A DNA stretch of 64,000 bases. It comes from an uncultured Pelagibacteraceae bacterium (lineage in GTDB: Bacteria; Pseudomonadota; Alphaproteobacteria; Pelagibacterales; Pelagibacteraceae). Positions within the stretch are counted from its first letter, which is position 1. Every line of letters starts with the position of its first letter. The stretch is from assembly GCA_902510635.1 (NCBI GenBank), contig CABXCB010000001.1, positions 5,399 to 69,398 on the forward strand, read 5' to 3'. Under the pieces are notes generated by a model. The model was not told where the DNA came from and did not search any database. It saw only the letters and a program-made list of their open reading frames with translations. Below, piece after piece: positions 36,619 to 46,152 of the stretch. The translations under genes and the position numbers were made by a program.

Positions 36619-37651
36619 AAAAATCCTTAGATTAATAAAGTCTAAAGGTTTTAAAAATATTGAATTAGATCCAGTACTGGAAACAAAATATATTTTGCGA
36701 AGATCAGGGGAAAATTTTAAAAGATTATTATTTTCATTTTACGATCTTAACGGAAAAGAGTTGTGTCTTAGGCCAGATCTAACAATTTCTTCTGTTTTAA
36801 AATTTGTTCAGAAGAAATCAAATAAAAAACAAAAAGTTTTTTATAGTGGTGAAGCATTTAGAAAAACTTATAAAAAACAAGAATCTATAATTAAAAATCA
36901 AATTGGTTTTGAAATATTAGGTTCAAAAAATAAACAATCGGAAGATAGAGAAATTATAGATACGTCAATAAATATTTTAAAAAGTAGTGGTTTTAAAAAA
37001 GCAGTTTTAAAAATTGGAAATGTTGAATTATTTAATCTTCTAATTAATAAGCTTGATATTCCAAGAAGATGGAAAAACAGATTAAAAAGATATTATTGGA
37101 ACGAAAGTTATTTTAATGAACTTTTAAAAAGATTAGAAACAAACTTAGATATTGATCCTATTTTTGTAGAAACTGATAAATCAAGATATTTAAAAATGAG
37201 AAAACTTAAAAATTCAAAAGAGGTTGCAGGAAGAAGTTATAAAGAAATATTAGATCGCTTTGATATGAAGATAAAGGATCCTAGAAGATCTTCTTCAGGT
37301 AAAATTAATACAAAAATTATTAAAGAATTTTTAAAAATAAAATGTGAATTGAAAAATGCACCTGGTGTATTGAATAAATTTTTTCAAAAATATGGACTTA
37401 ATATTTTTGTTGGTAAAGAGTTTTTTCCATTCAATAAAATAAATAACAAAAATTTAAGAGTAGAATTTTCTGCATCAAGTGGAAGGGATGTAGAATTTTA
37501 TAGTTCGATGATTTTTTCTATAGAAGTTCAAAAAGGCCAAAAAATAAAAAATTTTATTTCAGGTGGAAGATACGATGAATTAACAAGCAACTTAGGTTTC
37601 AGAAAAGTTTCAGCAGCTGGAGCAGCAGTAAATATGAATGTCTATGAATAA
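36596..37651 (+). CDS. hisZ: ATP phosphoribosyltransferase regulatory subunit
   Basis: HisRS-like fold: CLRPDLT, YSGEAFR, QIGFE, SGGRYD; between hisS and a short hisG. Confidence 0.9.
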   Translation: MKSKNLSEKILRLIKSKGFKNIELDPVLETKYILRRSGENFKRLLFSFYDLNGKELCLRPDLTISSVLKFVQKKSNKKQKVFYSGEAFRKTYKKQESIIKNQIGFEILGSKNKQSEDREIIDTSINILKSSGFKKAVLKIGNVELFNLLINKLDIPRRWKNRLKRYYWNESYFNELLKRLETNLDIDPIFVETDKSRYLKMRKLKNSKEVAGRSYKEILDRFDMKIKDPRRSSSGKINTKIIKEFLKIKCELKNAPGVLNKFFQKYGLNIFVGKEFFPFNKINNKNLRVEFSASSGRDVEFYSSMIFSIEVQKGQKIKNFISGGRYDELTSNLGFRKVSAAGAAVNMNVYE

Positions 37652-38333
37652 GAACACTATAAATATTGGGATACCATCCAAGGGCAGATTGAAGAAAGAT
37701 ACTTTAAATATTTTTAAGACAAAAAAGTTAAGAATTTACTCTGAAAGAGGAGAAAGAGACTTATTTGGCTATATAAAAAAATCTGATGTAAAAATTATAT
37801 ATCTACATGCTAGGGAATGTATTGAACAATTATCTTTAGGAAATATTGATGTTGGTTTTTCTGGTATAGATTTACTAAAGGAAAGTGAAATAAATATTCA
37901 AAATAAAATTAAAGTTATAAAAAAATATGAATTTGGTAAAGCAAACCTTGTTCTTGCGATACCTGACCTGTGGATAGATGTACAAACTTTACTAGATTTA
38001 GATGAGGTTGCAGATGAATTTAAAAAAAAGAAAAAAAAACTTTTAAGAGTTGCAACAAAATATCCTAATTTAACAAGGGAATTTTTATATTCAAAAGGTG
38101 TAACTCAATTTCAACTTGTAAAAAGTTTAGGAAGCACAGAAGTAGCACCATTCACGGGTACTGCAGAAATAATATCTGATATAACTAGCACTGGAGCAAC
38201 ATTAAAAGCTAATAATCTAAGGGTATTGAGAGATGGAGAGATCTTGAAATCGCAAGCTTCTATGATGGTTTCCAAATTAAGTGCTAATAAGAACGGAATC
38301 AAAAAACTGTTAAAATTACTTTCGAATATTTAA
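37638..38333 (+). CDS. hisG: ATP phosphoribosyltransferase (short form)
   Basis: IPSKGRL, GIDLLKE, RVATKYP, GSTEVAP, DITSTGATLKANNL. Confidence 0.95.
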   Translation: MSMNKNTINIGIPSKGRLKKDTLNIFKTKKLRIYSERGERDLFGYIKKSDVKIIYLHARECIEQLSLGNIDVGFSGIDLLKESEINIQNKIKVIKKYEFGKANLVLAIPDLWIDVQTLLDLDEVADEFKKKKKKLLRVATKYPNLTREFLYSKGVTQFQLVKSLGSTEVAPFTGTAEIISDITSTGATLKANNLRVLRDGEILKSQASMMVSKLSANKNGIKKLLKLLSNI

Positions 38334-38334
38334 A

Positions 38335-39021
38335 ATGATTTGGAATAATAAATTTAACTATCCAAAATCATCAAGATCTATTGAAAACGGCATGAGAAAG
38401 TATTTATTTGATGATGAAAAATTACCAAGTGTTACCTCTATTTTACAAGCAACCAAATCAGAGGAAGACAAAGCAGCATTAGAAAATTGGAAACAACGGG
38501 TAGGTTACAAAGAAGCTAATAAAATTAAAACTGAAGCATCTAGTAGAGGTACATCAATGCATTCTTATATAGAAGATTTTTTAAGAGGACGAATTAATGA
38601 GAGTTTTTTTGAAAGTAATGAACAATATAAAAATATGGCTAAAGAAATAATAGACAAAGGCATTAAAGGAAAATTAGAAGAAATATTTGGAATGGAAACA
38701 ACTTTACGTTATCCACAGAAATATGGTGGCACAGCTGACTTAGTGGGTATTTATTTAGGAAAAGAAGCCATTATAGATTTTAAACAAGCAAATAAACCAA
38801 AAAAAGTTGATTATATTCAAGATTATTTTTTACAATTAGGCGCATATACTTTAGCACACAATGTTGTCTACAAAACAAATATTACTTCAGGAGTAATATT
38901 ATTATGTACGGTAGATAATTTATTTCAAGATTTTAAAATTGAAGGATCAGAATTGCTCATGTATCAAAATTTATTTCTTGGTAGATTGAAAAAATTTAAT
39001 GATATAAATAACTTATCTTGA
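38335..39021 (+). CDS. PD-(D/E)XK exonuclease, phage/MGME1-like
   Basis: LPSVTSIL..T, W..RVG, RGTSMH, YGGTADLVG, IIDFKQ, DYFLQLGAY..AH. Confidence 0.82.
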   Translation: MIWNNKFNYPKSSRSIENGMRKYLFDDEKLPSVTSILQATKSEEDKAALENWKQRVGYKEANKIKTEASSRGTSMHSYIEDFLRGRINESFFESNEQYKNMAKEIIDKGIKGKLEEIFGMETTLRYPQKYGGTADLVGIYLGKEAIIDFKQANKPKKVDYIQDYFLQLGAYTLAHNVVYKTNITSGVILLCTVDNLFQDFKIEGSELLMYQNLFLGRLKKFNDINNLS

Positions 39022-39156
39022 CATTTAAAATTTAATGTTTATGAATAGAATTACTAAATTAAAGCTACTTGTTTAGACGCGGTAAGTTTAGTTTTTTGAC
39101 TAATCATTTCTAAGCTTTCACTCATGACAACATCTTTTATTTATAAGACTTAGAAA

Positions 39157-40152
39157 ATGTTAGAATATATTATTATTTGTATAGGTTTAGTTTTAGCTGC
39201 TTTTATGTGGCTAATTTTTAAAAGAATTGATCAAAAAAATAACAATGGAGATGAAATTAAATCTATACTAGATCAAGAACGTGAAAGAAAAAAAGATCTA
39301 AATGAAGTCAAGGAGAAGATTTTAGAGACAATAAATACTCAAAACACTTCACTCAAAGAAGACTTTGTATCTATTAAAGAGAGAGTTTCAACTGTTCAAA
39401 AAGCTCAGGAGCAGATTGGAAAATTAGCAAATGAGGTGGTTGATTTTAAAAATCTTTTTAGTAATAAAACTGAACGTGGAAGACTAGGTGAGGAATATTT
39501 AGAAGACCTTGTTTCAGATACAATGGCCAAGCAACATTATAAATTTCAGTATACATTCGAAAATGGAAGTAGAGTGGACTGTTTATTAACACTCGGATCT
39601 TCTGATCAATCAATACCAATAGATTCAAAATTTTCTTGGGAAAATTATAAAAAAATGAGTGAAACCAATGATGAAACTCAAAAAAAACAATTTGCTAAAG
39701 ATTTTGCACAAGATATTACAAACCATATTAATAAGGTTTCTCAATACATAAATGAAGGTGAAACATCACCTATAGCTTACATGTTCATTGGATCTTCTGG
39801 AGTTTTTGAGGCAATTCAAAAAAGTGAAAGAAACTTTGTAAAACAAGCTAGAGTTAAAAATGTGATTATGGTGGATCCTGATACTTTGTTTTCTCACTTA
39901 AGAAATTATAAATTAATTATGCAAAATAAGGAAATGAGTAGACTGGCTAAATTTCTTCAACTAGAAGTTGGAGTTTTAGGAGAAGATGTAAAAAGATTAA
40001 CAGAAAGATTTTCAAGTATTGGTTCAAAACAAGAAAAAATTACTGAGGAGTTTAGACAACTTAATATATCAGTAAACAAAGTCATTAATAGATCTGAAAA
40101 AATTATGAATCTTGATCTTGATGAAGTTGAAAAGATTGAGAAGAAAAAATGA
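39157..40152 (+). CDS. rmuC: DNA recombination protein RmuC family
   Basis: N-terminal TM, coiled coil, RGRLGE, QYTF..G.RVDC, PIDSKF, V.P.TL. Confidence 0.87.
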   Translation: MLEYIIICIGLVLAAFMWLIFKRIDQKNNNGDEIKSILDQERERKKDLNEVKEKILETINTQNTSLKEDFVSIKERVSTVQKAQEQIGKLANEVVDFKNLFSNKTERGRLGEEYLEDLVSDTMAKQHYKFQYTFENGSRVDCLLTLGSSDQSIPIDSKFSWENYKKMSETNDETQKKQFAKDFAQDITNHINKVSQYINEGETSPIAYMFIGSSGVFEAIQKSERNFVKQARVKNVIMVDPDTLFSHLRNYKLIMQNKEMSRLAKFLQLEVGVLGEDVKRLTERFSSIGSKQEKITEEFRQLNISVNKVINRSEKIMNLDLDEVEKIEKKK

Positions 40153-41579
40153 ATTTAGCTGTATGGGATATCGAGTCATCAAGCGCTAGCACTGATTTCG
40201 GAAGTATAATTGAAATTGGCGGAATACTAGTCGATGAAAACTTTAAAGAATTAGATAGATTTAATTTTAGATGTACTTTACCAGAAGGTGAGATTCCTCA
40301 AGCAATGGCATTAATTGTTAATAAAACAAGTATCAAGCAATTAACTCAAGGGAATTTAAGTCATTATCAAATGCTTGGTGAAGTTGAAAAAACATTCAAA
40401 AAATGGAGTCCAGCAATCTTCCTGGGCTGGTCAAATATAGGCTTTGATGATGAAATGATTAGAAAGGAGTTCTTTAAAGGTATAAGATACCCCTATATTA
40501 CTAATGCATCTCCAAATAAAAGACACGATGGCATTAATATTGCAAGAGCTGCTTACGCAGTAGATACTTCTGTTTTAGAAACGGAAATAAATGAAAAGAA
40601 TAATCCAGTATTTAAACTTGAATCACTTTCAAGAATGCAAGGTTTAGATTCGAGCGATGCTCACAGTGCATTAACAGATGCCACTTTAACTGCAAAAATT
40701 TTAAGTATTATTAAAAAAAAACAACCAAGTACTTGGGATATGTTTTTAAGAACTGCAAATAAATTAGATACCGAAACAATTTTTAAAAAAGAAGAAATAT
40801 TTAGTTTAAACGAATATTTTTATGGAAAATCAAGATTATATCTATGTGCCCCTCTACATCCAAAACACTGTATTCATCCAATTTATAATTGGGGACAGGC
40901 TGTCGATCTTCGAGTTGATATTGAGCCAATTTTAAATATGTCCATTAATGAATTAAAAGTAGAGATGAAAAAGTCTCCTAAATTTTTAAGAACTATTAGA
41001 TCAAATAAAGCTCCTATTATACTTCATGCAGAATATGCAATGAAGGTTGAGCCCTACAATGTAATGGATCTAAGTTTAATTAAAAAAAGAGCAAAATTAG
41101 TTAGAGATAATGAAAAATTTTCACAAAATATACTTACTGCACTTAGAGAAATGGCAGAAGAAAAAGAACAATCAAAATCACAAGAAGATATATATGCAGA
41201 AGAAAGTATTTATAATAAATTTACGTCAAATAAAGATACCGCACTTTTTCCAGCGTGGCACGCTGCATCTTGGCAAGATAAATTGAAATTATTAGACAAA
41301 TTTGATGATGAAAGACTTGTAGGTTTTGGTAAAAAAATAATTTATCAAGAAGCACCAGAAATATTACCACCAGATATGTTTAAATCGATAAAAAGATCTA
41401 TTTCTAAAAGAATTTTAAGTGAAAAATTTGAAAAATGGTGGACAGTTTCTGCATGCTACAACGAAATTGACACACTTAGAGATAAATATTCAAATGAAAA
41501 CGACCAAGAAAAATTAAAATTTTTGGACGAACTTAATTCCCACGTAATGTCAATACAAAAAAAATATGAAAATTCTTAG
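40149..41579 (+). CDS. sbcB: Exodeoxyribonuclease I (SbcB)-like DEDDh exonuclease
   Basis: WDIESS (ExoI), GWSNIGFDDE (ExoII), FKLESL, AHSALTD (ExoIII), IRSNKAP, EESIY. Confidence 0.82.
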   Translation: MNLAVWDIESSSASTDFGSIIEIGGILVDENFKELDRFNFRCTLPEGEIPQAMALIVNKTSIKQLTQGNLSHYQMLGEVEKTFKKWSPAIFLGWSNIGFDDEMIRKEFFKGIRYPYITNASPNKRHDGINIARAAYAVDTSVLETEINEKNNPVFKLESLSRMQGLDSSDAHSALTDATLTAKILSIIKKKQPSTWDMFLRTANKLDTETIFKKEEIFSLNEYFYGKSRLYLCAPLHPKHCIHPIYNWGQAVDLRVDIEPILNMSINELKVEMKKSPKFLRTIRSNKAPIILHAEYAMKVEPYNVMDLSLIKKRAKLVRDNEKFSQNILTALREMAEEKEQSKSQEDIYAEESIYNKFTSNKDTALFPAWHAASWQDKLKLLDKFDDERLVGFGKKIIYQEAPEILPPDMFKSIKRSISKRILSEKFEKWWTVSACYNEIDTLRDKYSNENDQEKLKFLDELNSHVMSIQKKYENS

Positions 41580-41645
41580 TGTGGATAATTTAAAAAAATC
41601 CTTTTTTAGTCTTGATTAAAGTTTTTATATTTATATATAAAACAT

Positions 41646-41966
41646 ATGGCTACTGTAAATGTTACTGACGACAACTTTGATCAAGAGGTATTGAAATCAT
41701 CAAAACCAATAGTAGTTGATTTTTGGGCTGAATGGTGTGGGCCTTGTAAGCAAATTGCACCCACTTTAGAAGAAATATCCGAAGAAATGTCCGACCAAGT
41801 TACAATTGCTAAATTAAATATAGATTCTGAAGTTAACTCTGGAACGAAATATGGAATTCGTGGAATTCCTACCATGCTTCTTTTTTCAGGCGGTGAGTTA
41901 AAAGCTACCAAAGTTGGAGCAACTACAAAATCAAATATTGTTGCTTGGATAAAAGAAAATATTTAA
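41646..41966 (+). CDS. trxA: Thioredoxin
   Basis: DFWAEWCGPCK; IRGIPT. Confidence 0.97.
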   Translation: MATVNVTDDNFDQEVLKSSKPIVVDFWAEWCGPCKQIAPTLEEISEEMSDQVTIAKLNIDSEVNSGTKYGIRGIPTMLLFSGGELKATKVGATTKSNIVAWIKENI

Positions 41967-43234
41967 TTTAAATTTAAAACTTCTCCAGCAAGATATAAAG
42001 ATCCAGTAATAATAATTATATCATTATCCTTTAAATCTATTGAACTGATTGCTTCCTTAATTGATTTTTTGTAGTTAACATTTTTTAAATTTTTAAATTT
42101 TTTCATTAAGTCTTCACCATTAATAGCATTAGGTTGGTTTGGAATATCTATAGTTGTTAATGAAGATATTTTATCTTTAAAATAATTTATATATTCGACA
42201 TGATTTTTATTACCCATCATTCCTAAAATTATATGTTTATTACATTCTAATGAATTTAAATGTTTACTTAAAACACTAGCTCCGAGAGGGTTGTGCGATC
42301 CATCAATATAAATTTTATTTTTTTTTGCCAGATCTTTTAATTTTCCATTTTTTATCTCTGAAAATCTTGCGATACTCTTAATTTTTTTTATTCCATTTAT
42401 AATATTTTGATCAGAAATATTTATTTCTTCTATATTTCTTATAGTTGCTATGGCTGTTGAGATATTTGATATTTGGAATTCACCCTCCAAATTTGGTAGT
42501 GGAAGTTTAATACCTCCATATTTATCTTCATAATAAAAAAATCCATTTTCGTTTAAAGAGTAGTTAAAATCATTACCAAAAATTATTTTTTTTGAAGAAT
42601 TTTTCTCAATTGAATTTGCTATTTTGTTTAAAGTGTCATTTGAGCTTTGTTTTGAGACAATAATTTTTGAATCTAATAAAGATGAAGTTTTTTCAAATAT
42701 TATTTGATCTATTGTTTGTTTATTTTTTGGTAGCCAGTCTAGGTGATCTAAACCAATAGCAGTAACAACACTGGCAAAATTTGATTTAATTATAGAACAT
42801 GCATCTGCTCTATGAAATAAACCACTCTCGAGTAAGTTAATATTATTTTTGAAGTTTCTGGCATTATAAAAATAGGCAGCTGTTAATATTTCAAAATAAG
42901 TAATGGGCTCACCTGCATTAATATCTTCTACTTCAGTTAATAATTTTACAAGATTTTCATCAGAAACTTCCTCATCATCATATATAAATCTTTCATTAAT
43001 TTTTTGTATATGTGGACTTGTGTAAATATTACAATTTATATTAGCATCTTTTAGTATTGCTCTAATTGCTTGAATTGTAGAATATTTTCCATTTGTTCCA
43101 ACTACAGATATATATTGTAAATTATCTTGAGGATTTCCAAGTTTTTTACAGAGTTTTTTAATTCGATCTAAACTTAAATCTATTTCTTTAGGATGCAGCT
43201 TTTGTAGATTGTTCAATATTTGTTGAAGTTTCAT
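41963..43234 (-). CDS. folC: Folylpolyglutamate/dihydrofolate synthase
   Basis: VGTNGK, YTSPH, NERF, TYFE, IGLDH, DGSHNP, TGSLYLAG. Confidence 0.92.
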   Translation of the reverse strand: MKLQQILNNLQKLHPKEIDLSLDRIKKLCKKLGNPQDNLQYISVVGTNGKYSTIQAIRAILKDANINCNIYTSPHIQKINERFIYDDEEVSDENLVKLLTEVEDINAGEPITYFEILTAAYFYNARNFKNNINLLESGLFHRADACSIIKSNFASVVTAIGLDHLDWLPKNKQTIDQIIFEKTSSLLDSKIIVSKQSSNDTLNKIANSIEKNSSKKIIFGNDFNYSLNENGFFYYEDKYGGIKLPLPNLEGEFQISNISTAIATIRNIEEINISDQNIINGIKKIKSIARFSEIKNGKLKDLAKKNKIYIDGSHNPLGASVLSKHLNSLECNKHIILGMMGNKNHVEYINYFKDKISSLTTIDIPNQPNAINGEDLMKKFKNLKNVNYKKSIKEAISSIDLKDNDIIIITGSLYLAGEVLNLN

Positions 43235-44123
43235 TTGATAATACTGAATTTACCTCAGAATTTTTCTTTAGCAATATTTCAAGTAATTTTCCTACTTCAT
43301 TTGTTAAATCTTTTCTATTTACTACTTTGTCTACAAAACCATGTTTCTCAACAAATTCGGCTGTTTGGAAATCTGCACTCAATTCCTCTTTTATTGTAGC
43401 TTGAATGATTCTTTTTCCGGCAAAAGCTATTAAACAACCGCTTTCAGCAAAGTGAACATCTCCTAACATAGCAAAAGATGCTGTTATTCCTCCCGCTGTT
43501 GGGTCTGTAAAACAGACAATATAGGGAAGGTTATTTTTTTTTAGTTCATTTATTGCAAGTGTAGTTCTCGTCATATTTGCTAAAGCAATTGGACTCTCAA
43601 ACATTCTTTGACCTCCACCACACGGAAAAAATATATAAGGAGTTTTGTTGTCTATTGCATGTTGTACTCCATAGATGATAGCTTCTCCCTCTGCAGCACC
43701 CACAGATCCTCCTATGAAATCAAAATTAATTGAACCTACTGTAATTTGAATTCCATTAATTTGACCTTTAGCAATCATCACAGCACAATTTTGTCCAGTT
43801 TTTTTTCTAGCTTGGATTAATCTTTCTTTATAAGTTTTTGTATCTTTCCAGTTCAAAGGATCTTCTGCTGGAATAGGTGTTTCAAGAATTTCATATCTAT
43901 TTTTTCCAAAAAAGATATCAAATCTTTGTTTACAGCTTATTCTATGGTGCTTGCCACATGAATTACAAACCCATAAATTTTCTTCTAAATCTTTTTTTAG
44001 AACTGGACCTTTACAACAACTTGTCCAATCTGAATTTGCAATTTCTTCTTTTGTTGGAAATTTTTTTTGTAAATTTCTTTTTATTTTATCACCAAAAGTT
44101 TTTATTTTTGTTAGCCAATTCAT
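43188..44123 (-). CDS. accD: Acetyl-CoA carboxylase carboxyltransferase beta subunit
   Basis: MNWL, FIGGSVG, GGQRMFE, PTAGGITASFAMLGD, FAGKRII. Confidence 0.95.
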   Translation of the reverse strand: MNWLTKIKTFGDKIKRNLQKKFPTKEEIANSDWTSCCKGPVLKKDLEENLWVCNSCGKHHRISCKQRFDIFFGKNRYEILETPIPAEDPLNWKDTKTYKERLIQARKKTGQNCAVMIAKGQINGIQITVGSINFDFIGGSVGAAEGEAIIYGVQHAIDNKTPYIFFPCGGGQRMFESPIALANMTRTTLAINELKKNNLPYIVCFTDPTAGGITASFAMLGDVHFAESGCLIAFAGKRIIQATIKEELSADFQTAEFVEKHGFVDKVVNRKDLTNEVGKLLEILLKKNSEVNSVLSNETSTNIEQSTKAAS

Positions 44124-44923
44124 AAAATTTTATTTTTTAGTCTTGTTACTACTTTACTTACATTTGTGACAGGATTTTGTCTATTATTCAAACTTCTAGT
44201 AATTTCTTTGCAAATTTCACTTCCAACAACAACTCCATCTGAATTTTTGAAAGATTTAATCGATTTATTTGTAATTCCAAATCCTATTACACAATTTTTA
44301 TTTTTATTTATTTTTTTAATTTTATTAAAATTTTCTAAAATTTTTTTAGGCGAAACTTTTAACTTTCCACCTGTGGTTGATAACATACTGATGTAGTAAA
44401 TCATGTCATGCGAGTCTTTTATAATTTTTTTCATTCTTTCTTTAGATGTTGTCGGTGATAAAAGTTGAACAAAGTTAATCGATTTTTTTTTGCATTTTTT
44501 TGCAAATTTTTTATTTTCTGGCCATGGTAAATCAACAACAATTAGTCCATCGACTTTAGATAATTTACAGTTTTTTAAAAAATTATTTTCACCGTTCTGA
44601 TAAATCAAATTATAATAACCCATTAATATTAAGGGTTTTTTAGGATTTTTATTTTTAAATTTTTTAGCAATTTGAAAAGTATCCTTTAAAGTAGTTCCAT
44701 TACTTAGTGATCTATAAGTACTATTTTGGATTTGACCTCCATCTGCTATAGGGCAATTGTGTAAAAATGAAAGTTCCAGAATATCAGCATTCTTTGCAAT
44801 TGAATTTAATATTTTTAATGAATTTTTTTTGGTATTATCACCAGCTACAGTAAAAGTTATTAGAGCTGGTCTTTTTTCTTTTTTGCAATTTTTAAAAGTT
44901 AAACTAATTTGAGATATAGTCAT
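44120..44923 (-). CDS. trpA: Tryptophan synthase alpha chain
   Basis: LE(49)LS..PIAD(60)G..IQ, LMGYYN, VDGLIVVDLP, SPTT, IGFGI, DGVVVGS; ATG overlaps trpB stop. Confidence 0.92.
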   Translation of the reverse strand: MTISQISLTFKNCKKEKRPALITFTVAGDNTKKNSLKILNSIAKNADILELSFLHNCPIADGGQIQNSTYRSLSNGTTLKDTFQIAKKFKNKNPKKPLILMGYYNLIYQNGENNFLKNCKLSKVDGLIVVDLPWPENKKFAKKCKKKSINFVQLLSPTTSKERMKKIIKDSHDMIYYISMLSTTGGKLKVSPKKILENFNKIKKINKNKNCVIGFGITNKSIKSFKNSDGVVVGSEICKEITRSLNNRQNPVTNVSKVVTRLKNKIL

Positions 44924-46152
44924 CAAAATTTTCCTAATCTTTGTTTTAAAATATCTCGATCTTTATGTGCATCACCACATGAATTTACAATTATAATTGT
45001 ATCCTTGCTTAATTTAGGAGCTAATTTTATTGCTTCCGCAAAGGCATGACTTGGTTCTAAGCTAGGACTTAAATTTTCGTGTTTAGTAACTAACTTATAT
45101 GCACTTAAAGCTTCCTCATCAGTAGCAGCTGTATATCTTGCTCTTTTTGTATCCTTTAAGAAACAATGAAGTGGAGAAACTCCAGGATAATCTAATCCAG
45201 CACTAATTGATTCTGTTTCTTCTATTTGACCTTCAAAATTTTGGTTTACATATTGAGCTGCCCCATGAAGAATTCCTATTTTTGAACCATATGTTAAAGG
45301 AGCGGCATGCCTTTTACTTTTTTTTGGGCCTCCAGCTTCAATGCCAATAAACTCAACTTGTTTTTTATTATAATGCATAAATTCATTCCAAAAACCAAAG
45401 CTTGATGATCCTCCCCCAACACAGTTTAAAAGTTTTACTTTTTTTGGAATTCTTCCAAATTCTTTTTTTATTTGTACAGAAAGTTCTCTAGAAATTTGTG
45501 ATGTACTCCATCCACAAATTTTAACAAAAATATTGGGCCCCACAGTAGAACCAACACACATATGAGTGGTATCACAATTTGAGACCCAATATCTCATGCA
45601 TTCACTAACAGCATCTACAAGTGTTTGGCTACCAGTATAAACTGGAACTATTTCTGCTCCATTTTTTTTCATAGCATCACAATTAGGTTTTTGTCTTTTA
45701 ATATCTTTTGCTCCCATAAATATTTTACATTTTAAGCCAAATTTTTTTGCAGCCATGCTTAACATTTTCCCTGCATACCCAGCCCCGGTATCACCACATA
45801 CAGATTTTTTTCCAGACCTTTTTGCTATAAGGCAATGAACAGTTGCATTTAGAGATTTATGAGCCCCTCCATTTAAATCAGAAACAACTTTTGCCCATAT
45901 TTGAGCACCACCTAAATAGTTTGTTAAGTTATGAAGTTTAATGAAACGAGTGGGAGAGCCAAGCCAATTTTTAAAATAATAATCTCTTTCTTTAATAAAT
46001 TTTTTATTTTTTCTTAATTTTTTGAATAATATTTCAAGATCTTCTACTGGTTTTTTTAAGGTTTCAGGAATGAAATTACCACCAAATTTTCCTCCCCAAA
46101 AACCAAATTTATCATGCTGATCAATTAAAGGGGTATTTTTTTTAATTTTCAT
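44923..46152 (-). CDS. trpB: Tryptophan synthase beta chain (divergent)
   Basis: FGGNFIPE, GAHK (PLP Lys), TGAG, CVGGGS, SISAGLDYPGV, HA; between trpF and trpA. Confidence 0.88.
   Translation of the reverse strand: MKIKKNTPLIDQHDKFGFWGGKFGGNFIPETLKKPVEDLEILFKKLRKNKKFIKERDYYFKNWLGSPTRFIKLHNLTNYLGGAQIWAKVVSDLNGGAHKSLNATVHCLIAKRSGKKSVCGDTGAGYAGKMLSMAAKKFGLKCKIFMGAKDIKRQKPNCDAMKKNGAEIVPVYTGSQTLVDAVSECMRYWVSNCDTTHMCVGSTVGPNIFVKICGWSTSQISRELSVQIKKEFGRIPKKVKLLNCVGGGSSSFGFWNEFMHYNKKQVEFIGIEAGGPKKSKRHAAPLTYGSKIGILHGAAQYVNQNFEGQIEETESISAGLDYPGVSPLHCFLKDTKRARYTAATDEEALSAYKLVTKHENLSPSLEPSHAFAEAIKLAPKLSKDTIIIVNSCGDAHKDRDILKQRLGKF

Noticed and set aside
38335-39021. Cas4/CRISPR system
   Set aside because: No four-Cys Fe-S motif, no other cas genes and no repeat-spacer array seen
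41580-41588. Perfect DnaA box (TGTGGATAA) before trxA; others at 32978 and 38709
   Set aside because: Isolated, unclustered and two are inside CDS; no oriC context
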